A DNA stretch of 44,212 nt, taken from an uncultured Pirellulales bacterium (lineage in GTDB: Bacteria > Planctomycetota > Planctomycetia > Pirellulales > CAYZVT01). This document shows positions 9,761 through 18,052 of this stretch, piece by piece. The position numbers and the translations under genes were made by a program. The notes under the pieces are model-generated. The model saw nothing but the letters and a program-made list of their open reading frames with translations, ran no database searches and was not told the origin of the DNA. The stretch is taken from NCBI GenBank assembly GCA_964481585.1, contig CAYZVT010000001.1:1-44212 (forward strand), read 5' to 3'. Positions within the stretch are counted from its first letter, which is position 1. Each line of letters opens with the position of its first letter.

Positions 9761-11971
9761 ATGGCCGACCGCTCTCCCTTGAGGAACCTTTCCTTGACAC
9801 GCTGCCTTTTGCCGCTGCTCTTGCTTTTTGCATCGACGACGATTGCCACGGCGACGCCGCCTCTGCCGGTGCTTAGCCGCGAGGAATGCGACGACTGGCT
9901 CAACGTCCGCACCGAGGTCGAGCCGCAGGCGGTTGGCGATGGCGTGGCCGACGACACGGCGGCGCTGCAAGCGGCGCTCGACCAGATGCACCCGCTGGCG
10001 GGCGGGCCGAAGATCGTCTATCTGCCGCCGGGGACGTACCGCATCACGCGGACGCTCACGATGCCCAACAGCGCGGCCTGCGCGGTACTCGGCCACGGGC
10101 GAGAAACCACGGTGCGCTGGGATGGCCCCACCGGCGGCGTTCGTGAAAACTTGGCGGTCATGCTGCATAGCAATGGTTCGGTGTTGAGCCGCTACGAGGG
10201 GATCATCTGGGACGGCGCGGGCAAGGCGAGCGTCGGCGTTCACCACCAAGCCCAGGGCCGCTTTGAAAACAAAATCCTGCATCAGCACCAGGCGTTTCTC
10301 AACTTCCGCTCCGCCGGCGTGCTGCTGGGGCCGCAAAAGCCGTATGCCACCTCCGAAAGCGAGTGGCGCAACTGCTGGTTCGAGCGCTGCGAGGTGGGCA
10401 TCTCGCTCGTTGATTTCAACTACTACAACGAGACCGCCGACGGCTGCGAGTTCCGCGACTGCGGCATCGGGATTTACTCGCAGCGATACGGCCAGATCTA
10501 CGCGCGGAACTGCCACTTCGAGCGCAGCCGCGTGGCGGACCTGCATCTGCAGGCATCGCACAAGCATTCGGTACGGCGCTGCACGTCGGTCGGCTCGAAT
10601 CAGTTCTTCGTCGGCTGCCAGACGACGATTCAAGATTGCCACGTCGAGGGCTGGCAGAGCGACGACGGCGCGATCCAACTGACGCCCGGCGCGCCGGCGG
10701 TGATTTTTGATTGCGTCTTCACCAAGCCCCCGTCGCGGCGCGCGCCGATTCGCGTTCCGGCAGATCAGAAGCTGATTGTGAGCAAAAACGAGAGCCGGGA
10801 GACCGAGACGATCGTCTCCGGCTCGACGAGCGTCGTGAACGTTCCGGCGGGTGCGCGGAGCGGGGCGGTGCAGTCGGCGTCGCAGAGCTTTTTTCAGTCG
10901 GCGGTGGCCATGCCGGGCAAGGTCTTTGACGCCGTGCGCGACTTTGGCGCGGGGCAGGGGGACTCGACCGCCGCCGTGCAAGCCACTATCGACGCGGCGC
11001 GGAAGCACGGCCGTGGCGCGATCGCCTACTTTCCTCCCGCTCGCTACCGCATCACGCGGACTTTGGACGTGACCGGAAGCGACTATTGCATCGGCGGGAC
11101 CGGCGCGTACTCCGAATTTCAGTGGGCGGGCGAGGAGGGGGGCGTGCTGATGCACGTTCACGACGCGGGACGCCTGACGCTCCAAGAATTTAACATCATC
11201 GGCCACAGCACGCCGCGCCGCATGACCGGCCTGCGCCATACCGGCGGGGCAAAGTCCTCGTCCGTGACCTACGACCGAGTGTTTCTGCCCGAAGGTTGGC
11301 AGACCGACGAGCAAGTGCAGGTACGCGGCATTCAGTTCGTGGGGCTAGGCCGTGAGGATCGCGTGCATGTGTGGCGGCTCTTTGGCAGTGCGGCCTTGGT
11401 CGACTCCGACGCCGCCGAGGTGCTCCTGCGCTTTCTCGATGGAAACATTTCGGTCCGTGGCACGCCCGCCACGCGGAACGGACGGTTGGGCGTTTTGGCC
11501 GCCAACGGCAACCGCGTTGACCTGCACGACAATCTCGACCTGGTGATCGGCGACTATTATTGTGAACAAGCCCGAAGTACCGTCCTTACCGTCTCCGGTG
11601 ATGGGCGTGCTCGGCAGGGACGGCTTACGATCGGCGCGGCGCGGCTGCATACGTTTGAGGAAGCGGGCGCGTTTGCGGAGATCGACAACTACGCCGGCGC
11701 GATCAGCTACGGCCATGCTCACGTCACGCAAGATAAATCTCCCGCCAGCTATCTGTGGCGGCACCGTGGCAGCCGGCCGCTCGATCTGGTGCTCTTTGCC
11801 AACAGCCAGTCGGCCTTCAGCTTCGACCTCAGCCCTTCGGCGCGCAAAATCCTAGTGCAAAACCACGGGCAGGAAAACATCGTGCCCGCAGGAGGCTTGA
11901 AATCGCTCGCGCGGGCGCTCGATCATTTTCGGGAGCTTGGCCAGCAGGACATCGAGTTCCGCCAGCCGTGA
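9761..11971 (+). CDS. secreted right-handed beta-helix / pectate-lyase-superfamily protein (two modules)
   Basis: 736 aa with a signal peptide. Two copies of the Pectate_lyase_3-like N-cap motif: GDGVADDTAALQAALD..IVYLPPGTYRITRTL and DFGAGQGDSTAAVQATIDAARKHGRGAIAYFPPARYRITRTL. Confidence 0.7.
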   Translation: MADRSPLRNLSLTRCLLPLLLLFASTTIATATPPLPVLSREECDDWLNVRTEVEPQAVGDGVADDTAALQAALDQMHPLAGGPKIVYLPPGTYRITRTLTMPNSAACAVLGHGRETTVRWDGPTGGVRENLAVMLHSNGSVLSRYEGIIWDGAGKASVGVHHQAQGRFENKILHQHQAFLNFRSAGVLLGPQKPYATSESEWRNCWFERCEVGISLVDFNYYNETADGCEFRDCGIGIYSQRYGQIYARNCHFERSRVADLHLQASHKHSVRRCTSVGSNQFFVGCQTTIQDCHVEGWQSDDGAIQLTPGAPAVIFDCVFTKPPSRRAPIRVPADQKLIVSKNESRETETIVSGSTSVVNVPAGARSGAVQSASQSFFQSAVAMPGKVFDAVRDFGAGQGDSTAAVQATIDAARKHGRGAIAYFPPARYRITRTLDVTGSDYCIGGTGAYSEFQWAGEEGGVLMHVHDAGRLTLQEFNIIGHSTPRRMTGLRHTGGAKSSSVTYDRVFLPEGWQTDEQVQVRGIQFVGLGREDRVHVWRLFGSAALVDSDAAEVLLRFLDGNISVRGTPATRNGRLGVLAANGNRVDLHDNLDLVIGDYYCEQARSTVLTVSGDGRARQGRLTIGAARLHTFEEAGAFAEIDNYAGAISYGHAHVTQDKSPASYLWRHRGSRPLDLVLFANSQSAFSFDLSPSARKILVQNHGQENIVPAGGLKSLARALDHFRELGQQDIEFRQP

Positions 11972-12004
11972 GCGTCGTCCGCGGTTGTCGTCTTTTTCGC
12001 GCGA

Positions 12005-12020
12005 GGCCGGTTCGCCGGCC
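12005..12020 (+). terminator. candidate weak intrinsic terminator hairpin after 9761..11971
   Basis: ggccgg-ttcg-ccggcc perfect 6-bp GC stem, 34 nt after the stop, followed by the T/C-rich stretch ttccgtccttccc. There is no clean U-tract. Confidence 0.3.
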
Positions 12021-12103
12021 TTCCGTCCTTCCCGCGCAGGCGTGAATCCGGGGGGGCAATGGTCAGCGATCAGTGATCCGAAGCCATCTCGCATGGGCGT
12101 CAG

Positions 12104-12194
12104 CCTCGCTTTCCGCTTTTAATCCGCCCTCCGCCCTCCGCCTTCCGCCCTCTTGCGCCCCGGGGGCTTCCGCTCCTCGCGGTGCGCCCCCGCC
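12104..12194 (-). repeat. composite intergenic repeat (core + period-7 purine-rich microsatellite), inverted copy
   Basis: The reverse complement reads ggcgggggcgcaccgcgaggagcggaagcccccg-gggcgcaaga-(gggcgga-type heptamers)-aaaagcggaaagcgagg. It matches 14221-14293. Confidence 0.8.
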
Positions 12195-12268
12195 ACTCAA
12201 TCGCTCGGCCCCGCCACCCAATCGCTCGCCCCCGCCACCCAATCGCTCGGCTCCGCCATCCAGCCGGC
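12191..12268 (+). repeat. 21-bp tandem repeat, about 3.7 copies (cgccacYcaatcgctcgScYc)
   Basis: Units start at 12191, 12212, 12233 and 12254 (the last is degenerate). It abuts the poxB-like stop codon at 12272. Confidence 0.85.
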
Positions 12269-12271
12269 TTT

Positions 12272-14056
12272 CTAATGCAGCACTTCCTGGATCTTGCCTT
12301 GGAAACTCTGGCGGACGATCTCGCCCGCGTCGGGATCTCCCTGCCAGAGTGCCGAGAGCATCGCGATGCTCTGGCTCCAAGTCGCATGCGGCGGCAGCGG
12401 CGGTACGTTCGGATCGGTGATGGCGTCGAAGACGACCGGCCGATCGGCCGCTAGCGCTTCGTCCCACGCTGGCGCGACCTCATCCGGCGAATCGACCCGA
12501 ATGCCCTTCAGTCCGAGCGCTTCGGCGAAGGCGGCATAGTCGCAGTCGGGCAGGTCTTGCGAGGCCTCGAACTTCGGGTTGCCCTCCATCGCCCGCATCT
12601 CCCAGGTAACTTGGCTCAGGTCGTTGTTGTGCAGCACCAACACGATTAGTTGCCGGTTGGACCAGCGCTGCCAGTACTTCTTGATGGTCAGCAGTTCGGC
12701 CATGCCGTTCATCTGCATCGCCCCGTCTCCGACGGTGGCGATCACCGGCCGGTCGGGATGCGCGAACTTGGCCGCAATCGCGTACGGCACACTACAGCCC
12801 ATCGTCGCCAGCGTGCCGGAGACCGACCCGCGCATTCCTTCGCGGAACTTCAGATTGCGGGCGTACCAGTTCGTCCCCGAGCCGGAATCGGCCGTGACAA
12901 TACAGCGATTGGGCAGCCGCGAAGAAAGTTCCCAAAACACGCGCTGCGGATTGAGCGGCGAGGCGTCGAGCATCGCGCGGGCTTCGACAATCTGCCACCA
13001 CTCGGCCACGTTGCTCTCGATCTTTTCCCGCCAGGAGCGGTCTTCCTGATGATTCAGCAGCGGCAGCAGCTCGCGCAGCGTCTCGCGGCTGTCGCCGACC
13101 AGGTTGATCTCCATCGGATAGCGGACGCCGATCATCTTGCCGTCGATGTCGATTTGCACGCCCCGTGCCTGGCCGAAGGGGGGCAGAAACTGCGGATAGG
13201 GAAAGCTCGACCCGATCATCAACAGCGTGTCGCAGTCCATCATCATGTCATAGCTGGGCCGCGTTCCCAGCAGTCCAATCGAGCCGGTCACGCCCGGCTG
13301 ATCGTCGGGCAGCACGTCCTTGCCCAACAGCGCCTTGGCGATGCCGGCTCCGAGCTTGTCGGCGACCGCGACGACTTCTTGGGCCGCGTGGCGCGCGCCC
13401 TGTCCGATGAGAATCGCCGGCTTGCGTCCGGCGTTGAGCAGTTCGGCGGCTCGTTTCACTGCGTCGGGATCGGGCACAACGCGCGGCTTGAAAACGCCCA
13501 GGCTGCTCGGACTGACCTTGAAATCGTGCGGCGTCTGGGGCACGGCATCCTCGTCCTGCATGTCGGCCGGAAGGATGAGGCAGGTCACGGTGCGTTCGAC
13601 GATCGCAATCCGCACCGCGCGGTCAATCAGCATCGGGAACTGAATCGGCGAAACCGCCATCTGCACGTACTGGCTGGCGACGTCTTTGAACAGACTCAGC
13701 AGATCAACCTCTTGCTGAAAATGCCCCCCCAGCGCCGTGCGCGGCTGCTGGCCGACGATAGCCACGACCGGCTGGTGGTCGAGCTTTGCGTCGTAAAGGC
13801 CGTTGAGCAGATGAATCGCTCCCGGCCCCGAGGTCGCCATGCAGACGCCGACTTTGCCGGTGAACTTGGCATGGCCGCAAGCCATGAAGGCAGCCATTTC
13901 TTCATGGCGGACCTGGATAAACTCCGGCCCTTGGTCTCCGGCGCGATGCAGCGCCCCGAGCAAGCCGTTAATCCCATCGCCCGGATAGCCAAAGATGCGC
14001 TCGACACCCCAGTCGCGCAAGCGCGCGAACAAAAAGTCGTTAACCTTCTCCGCCAT
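12272..14056 (-). CDS. poxB: thiamine-diphosphate-dependent pyruvate oxidase / pyruvate dehydrogenase (quinone) family enzyme
   Basis: 594 aa from ATG 14056, with GGGGAGAA Shine-Dalgarno (SD) sequence upstream. N-terminal TPP-pyrimidine domain (RIFGYPGDGINGLL..VRHEEMAAFMACGHAKFTGKVGVCMATSGPGAIHLLNGLYDA). TPP-binding motif GDGAMQMNGMAELLT..LVLHNN. Confidence 0.75.
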   Translation of the reverse strand: MAEKVNDFLFARLRDWGVERIFGYPGDGINGLLGALHRAGDQGPEFIQVRHEEMAAFMACGHAKFTGKVGVCMATSGPGAIHLLNGLYDAKLDHQPVVAIVGQQPRTALGGHFQQEVDLLSLFKDVASQYVQMAVSPIQFPMLIDRAVRIAIVERTVTCLILPADMQDEDAVPQTPHDFKVSPSSLGVFKPRVVPDPDAVKRAAELLNAGRKPAILIGQGARHAAQEVVAVADKLGAGIAKALLGKDVLPDDQPGVTGSIGLLGTRPSYDMMMDCDTLLMIGSSFPYPQFLPPFGQARGVQIDIDGKMIGVRYPMEINLVGDSRETLRELLPLLNHQEDRSWREKIESNVAEWWQIVEARAMLDASPLNPQRVFWELSSRLPNRCIVTADSGSGTNWYARNLKFREGMRGSVSGTLATMGCSVPYAIAAKFAHPDRPVIATVGDGAMQMNGMAELLTIKKYWQRWSNRQLIVLVLHNNDLSQVTWEMRAMEGNPKFEASQDLPDCDYAAFAEALGLKGIRVDSPDEVAPAWDEALAADRPVVFDAITDPNVPPLPPHATWSQSIAMLSALWQGDPDAGEIVRQSFQGKIQEVLH

Positions 14057-14220
14057 GATACGTTCTCCCCCGGAAACCGCGCTCTCCAGCCCGCGACACT
14101 TTGGTAGCGGGCGCGTCTGGTCTGTCGCTAGCACGAACGGAAGACCGTCACTGCAACACCCGAGGAAAGCCGTGCAACCGGCGCGCCTTTCGTGGCACGA
14201 GCTGCGGGGGCTTTTAGGGT

Positions 14221-14293
14221 GGCGGGGGCGCACCGTGACAGCGGAAGCCCCCGAGACGCAAGAAAGCGGAAAGCGGAAAGCGGAAAGCCGAGG
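14221..14293 (+). repeat. composite intergenic repeat (core + aaagcgg x3 + aaagccg heptamers), forward copy
   Basis: ggcgggggcgcaccgtgacagcggaagcccccg-agacgcaaga-aaagcgg aaagcgg aaagcgg aaagccg-agg. The core differs from the 12161-12194 copy by a few substitutions and 1 indel. Confidence 0.8.
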
Positions 14294-14305
14294 GTGGCGG
14301 GGACG

Positions 14306-15676
14306 CTACGGGCGCAAGGAGCTAGCGCGCTTTTGGAGCGAGCCGAACAGTGCTTCGGCGGTCTTGGGGCGGATTTGGACTTCGCCCTCGATCAGTTCGA
14401 TCTGGTAGCGATACTGGCGGCCGCGCGACATGAGCGGTTGCCGGGTTTGGAGCTTGTTCCACAGCCCCGGGCCTTCCCAGCCGAGCCAATCCCAGGCAAT
14501 CGCCACCGGCAGCACGTGTAGCTCGTCGGGAAACTTGTCGCGGTCGATCGGATAATACTGGGCCGACTTGCGGGCAGCCGTCTCGATCAGGTCCAGTAGC
14601 TCCGCGCGGCGGTAGTCGGGATCGTGTTCAAGGCAGAACGTCGCTAGAATCGCCGCATTCCGCGCCGCGCAGCCGGGGCCGAGCTTCCACCAGTAGCCGT
14701 TGTGGTGATACTTCAACAGACCGTCGGCCATCGCCCGGTGATGTTGGATCGGCATGCCACAATACGCATAGAGCCGCATCCAAACTTTCATCGCGCCGCT
14801 CATCCGGTCCAAGGGATTGCTCTTGCCGAAAAAGCCATCTTCGGGGCTTTGGTGGGCGAGCATGCGCTCGATTCCTTCCTCCAAGACCGGAATCAGTTCA
14901 GTCTGGTCATAGTGGTTGATCTGCCGAAAGAGCGACGAGCACTGCGAACCGGCGTGCGAACCGATGCTCCAGGGATGCTCGTCCCAGCGTTTTACATCGC
15001 CGCATTGGGCGAGAAACTCGTCCAGGTCGAGGCCCCCTTTTTGCCCTTTCGGCGAGAGGTCTTCGAGCGTGAGAACCGGCAGCGGATAGTTCGGCTCGCC
15101 GCCGTAGTAGTGGAGCAGGTCGAGCAGCCGCACGTGGTCCTTGTAAGGTTCGGTGCGGGCGGTCGCCTGCTGTCCGTTGCTGGCGTGCTTGCGCTCCAGA
15201 TCGGCATCGGTCGATGCTTTTTCAAACACGCCGCTCTGCGGGTTTTGCTGCGACTGGAGATGGGCGACAATCGCGGCGCGTTCCTTGGCAGTGAGCGGCC
15301 CCGTCCGATCCGTTACCTGATACTGCTCGGCAAAGACATTGAACTCAGCGAGCAGTTCCACATCGCCCGTCTTCCGGGCGTCGGCAATCTTTTTCACCAG
15401 TGGCCTCAGATAATGCTCCCGCACGCGCAGCGCCCACTCCGGCGCAGGCGTCTTTTCTTGACGGTAGCGCGGCGCGTTCTGCTCGTCCACCGCCTTACGA
15501 ATCAAAAGCCGATCCTCCGCCGTGGGCAGATAAGTCTTGGCCTGCGCTGAGCTGGATGGGCTGGGCTTCGTCGCGTTCGCCTCAGCGCCGATTGCCGAGG
15601 AGGTGAGCAGCGCACCTGCGCCGAGGGCAACCGCTAAGGACGTGAGGATCGAGTAAGCGGAGGAGAGAACACGCAT
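14306..15676 (-). CDS. secreted hypothetical protein (possibly alpha/alpha-toroid-like)
   Basis: ORF with a signal peptide (MRVLSSAYSILTSLAVALGAGALLTSSAIGAEA). ATG 15676 is preferred over TTG 15694. It is the last gene of cassette II. No confident family assignment. Confidence 0.55.
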   Translation of the reverse strand: MRVLSSAYSILTSLAVALGAGALLTSSAIGAEANATKPSPSSSAQAKTYLPTAEDRLLIRKAVDEQNAPRYRQEKTPAPEWALRVREHYLRPLVKKIADARKTGDVELLAEFNVFAEQYQVTDRTGPLTAKERAAIVAHLQSQQNPQSGVFEKASTDADLERKHASNGQQATARTEPYKDHVRLLDLLHYYGGEPNYPLPVLTLEDLSPKGQKGGLDLDEFLAQCGDVKRWDEHPWSIGSHAGSQCSSLFRQINHYDQTELIPVLEEGIERMLAHQSPEDGFFGKSNPLDRMSGAMKVWMRLYAYCGMPIQHHRAMADGLLKYHHNGYWWKLGPGCAARNAAILATFCLEHDPDYRRAELLDLIETAARKSAQYYPIDRDKFPDELHVLPVAIAWDWLGWEGPGLWNKLQTRQPLMSRGRQYRYQIELIEGEVQIRPKTAEALFGSLQKRASSLRP

Positions 15677-15760
15677 CGTGAGATTTCCTTGCAAGGTGGG
15701 AAGTGTTAGAGAGAAAAAATCTGGGCGGCGGGAGGCATTCGGCGTCGGGCGACGGTCCGC

Positions 15761-16804
15761 TCAGGGAAGTTCCACCGGCTCGCCGCCGGCGCGGGTGGCG
15801 AGGCTGCGGTAGAGGTCGAGTTCAATACCGTGTTGCAAGGGCCGCACCGATCCGTCGGCCATCGCAAAGTAGACGATGCCGGGATGGGGGCTGCCGAAAC
15901 TAAAATCGTTGCCCCACTGGCCGTTGCTGCCATCATTGGCAGCCATCGTCGCCGTGCTGGTGGCGTCCTCGGCGGGATTGATGCCGGCGGTGTGAAAGGG
16001 ATAGAAGACGTTGCGCGTGCAGTAGGCGTGCTGCGGAACGCTGGAAATGCCGGCGGAAAAGTCCGATTGCTGCCCTCCGAGCCAGGACGATTCGCCGACG
16101 ATCAACGTGTTGCTCAAGCCGTCGCGGACATGGGCGGCGCGGATATAGCGCGGCGGATCGAGATGGTTGGGATAGTCGACCGGATGATTCACCGCGAAGG
16201 TGAGGATGCCATTGGTTCCGACACAGCCAAAGGCACGCGTGCCGCCCCGGGCATGAAGGAACCCATTCGTCTGAAACCGGCATTCATCGGTATGGAACTT
16301 CCCCGCCATCACTCCGTAGTAATCGCCGCCGGTGCGGAACGTTTGCGCATTCGGACCCGCAGCGCTATCGGCCGCCAGGTCGTATTGGCGGACGCGGGGG
16401 TTGGTCCAGCTGGGACATTTATACTGCGGCACTTCCGCCGTGATGAGCCACTTCCCGCCACCCCAGCCATTGCTGCCCGAGGTGTCCTCGACTTTCTCAT
16501 AGAGCGCCGTCAGTTCCAGGTAGGGCAGAATCGTGACGAGAAAGCTGTGTGTCCCGTGACTGTTGGAATCGAGCGAGAATTGCGTGGCCCCCGGTGGAAA
16601 ATTTCCCTGTGCGGCGTGGTAGTTTTGAATCGCTAGCGCGATTTGCTTCAGGTGGTTCTGGCACTGCGTCTGCCGCGCACTTTCGCGTGCCGCTTGCACC
16701 GCCGGCAAGAGCAACGCGATCAAAATGCCGATGATCGCGATCACGACCAAAAGCTCGACGAGTGTAAAGCCTCGCCGGTGTTGGAAACGACCTCTTTTGT
16801 TCAT
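15761..16804 (-). CDS. DUF1559 protein with prepilin-type N-terminal cleavage/methylation domain (H-X9-DG family)
   Basis: N-terminus [47 protein letters not shown]-terminus [21 protein letters not shown]. Confidence 0.85.
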   Translation of the reverse strand: MNKRGRFQHRRGFTLVELLVVIAIIGILIALLLPAVQAARESARQTQCQNHLKQIALAIQNYHAAQGNFPPGATQFSLDSNSHGTHSFLVTILPYLELTALYEKVEDTSGSNGWGGGKWLITAEVPQYKCPSWTNPRVRQYDLAADSAAGPNAQTFRTGGDYYGVMAGKFHTDECRFQTNGFLHARGGTRAFGCVGTNGILTFAVNHPVDYPNHLDPPRYIRAAHVRDGLSNTLIVGESSWLGGQQSDFSAGISSVPQHAYCTRNVFYPFHTAGINPAEDATSTATMAANDGSNGQWGNDFSFGSPHPGIVYFAMADGSVRPLQHGIELDLYRSLATRAGGEPVELP

Positions 16805-16830
16805 CGTTTTCGCTCACTTGCAAAGCGATT
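16781..16830 (-). repeat. 50-bp direct repeat, copy 1 (DUF1559 start codon + 5' leader)
   Basis: 46/50 identical to 18003-18052 by hand alignment. Confidence 0.8.
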
Positions 16831-16903
16831 TGAAAAGCAACTTTTTTCGCCCGTGCCGCCAGGCGGGTTAGCGATCTTCATGACCAAGCAATCTCACGCA
16901 TCA

Positions 16904-17827
16904 CTAACAGCGTTCGCCTCTGGTTGCTTCCGTCGAAGGTGAAACGCGCTGGGTTTCGGTTTGAGTTTGAAGGTTTACGCGGTCGGGCGTAGTTTCTTGT
17001 GGCTCCAATCTCTCCAACCGGCCTGGCGGCATGAGCGAAAAATATCCCAATCCCGCGCCAATCCTCTCGTGTTTGCGGCGATGCTGGCTCCACCAGCCGC
17101 CCAGCGCGGCGCCCAGGCCGATCAGCAGCAGGGTCCCCGGTTCAGGAATCGCCAGCGCATTGGGGCCCGCATAGCGCCAGATGCCATTGACTGAGCTGTC
17201 GAGATAGGCAGCGGAGCTAGTGTTGCTGTTATAGCGTGCCTTGCCCGGAACGATGCCTTCGCCCGAGGCGAAGGCGGGGGGGCTGCTATTGTCTCCGACG
17301 TCGAGAAACCCATTTTCGTCCCGATCGTAGATCGCCCCCAGGACATAGACCTTACCCGGCTCCAACCAGCGCCGCCCTCCATCGTCGAAGAAGGCATAGC
17401 GAAACTCCCCCTTGAGAAGTCCGCCCTCGCCGGCCGGCACGATCGTCTGGCCGAGCAAAATGCCCGTCTCTTCGTCCACCTTTTCCCACAGCGAGACGAT
17501 GCTGGAAACTTCCAGCCCATCGCCCGCCGATTGGCCAGAGATTTCGTTGGTGCCACTGGGGTTATTTCCCGGCGTCACGTGATTGCCCGGGGCGTCCCAC
17601 AGCCCGAGCATGTCCAGGTGCATCCTGCGCGTGACCGAAAACTCGTAGCCGACGGCGCCCCGGTGGCCCTGAAGCCCGTTGTTGCGCGTGCGATGGGTCG
17701 TCGCCGGTGGCTCCATAATGGCGGCCTGAAGCGGCGCCGCGGCGAGCAGCACGGCCAACAGAAGCAGGCTGATGCCAATCGCCTTGTCACTGCAACGTAC
17801 AAAGGAACGAGTGAGGTTGGCATTCAT
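16904..17827 (-). CDS. PEP-CTERM surface protein with atypical about 54-aa post-anchor extension
   Basis: Signal peptide. IPEPGTLLLIGLGAALGGWWSQHRRK motif about 54 aa before the stop. The anchor is nearly identical to that of 18023..18967. Confidence 0.65.
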   Translation of the reverse strand: MNANLTRSFVRCSDKAIGISLLLLAVLLAAAPLQAAIMEPPATTHRTRNNGLQGHRGAVGYEFSVTRRMHLDMLGLWDAPGNHVTPGNNPSGTNEISGQSAGDGLEVSSIVSLWEKVDEETGILLGQTIVPAGEGGLLKGEFRYAFFDDGGRRWLEPGKVYVLGAIYDRDENGFLDVGDNSSPPAFASGEGIVPGKARYNSNTSSAAYLDSSVNGIWRYAGPNALAIPEPGTLLLIGLGAALGGWWSQHRRKHERIGAGLGYFSLMPPGRLERLEPQETTPDRVNLQTQTETQRVSPSTEATRGERC

Positions 17828-17842
17828 GGCGTGCTCCCAGGA

Positions 17843-18026
17843 TCAAAGATCGGGGTTGGGCTGAGTCGGTGCGGAGCTTTCTACTTGGCTCGCCCGGTAC
17901 TTGTGCAGCATGTAATTTTTGATAGTTTCGCGTTCGGCATCTGGCAGTACGCGTTCGAAGGCGAGAACCTCAGCCACGCGCTCGGAAACGTCCGCGCCGG
18001 CGTTGGAAACCACCTCTCTTGTTCAT
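17843..18026 (-). pseudogene. gene remnants: 5' stub of a DUF1559 gene (MNKRGGFQRRRG, then out of frame) fused to a LamG-type C-terminal tail fragment
   Basis: 18026->17970 encodes MNKRGGFQRRRGRFRARG* and matches the intact DUF1559 start at 16804. A second frame gives ..VAEVLAFERVLPDAERETIKNYMLHKY.., matching the tail IAEILVYEEALDATPRQAVESYLQKRY of 19015..20679. Confidence 0.45.
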
Positions 18027-18052
18027 CGTTTTCGCTCACTTGCGAAGCGCTT
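18003..18052 (-). repeat. 50-bp direct repeat, copy 2 (overlaps the 3' end of PEP-CTERM gene 18023..18967)
   Basis: ttggaaaccacctctcttgttcatcgttttcgctcacttgcgaagcgctt versus ttggaaacgacctcttttgttcatcgttttcgctcacttgcaaagcgatt. Confidence 0.8.

Noticed and set aside
9614-11314. 566-aa minus-strand ORF antisense to the pectate-lyase-fold gene
   Set aside because: The sequence is Arg/Ala/His-rich and junk-like. It starts inside the intergenic repeat region. The plus strand has a signal peptide and recognisable domain motifs.
12191-12268. Possible CRISPR array
   Set aside because: The repeats are contiguous 21-mers without spacers. There are no cas genes in the window.
12650-14107. 485-aa plus-strand ORF antisense to the poxB-like gene
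   Set aside because: It is a shadow ORF. The minus strand encodes an unmistakable TPP enzyme.
12104-14293. Classical IS or composite transposon carrying poxB
   Set aside because: There is no transposase or integrase ORF in or near the segment. I could not identify target-site duplications by eye. The observation is kept only as a repeat-bracketed cassette.
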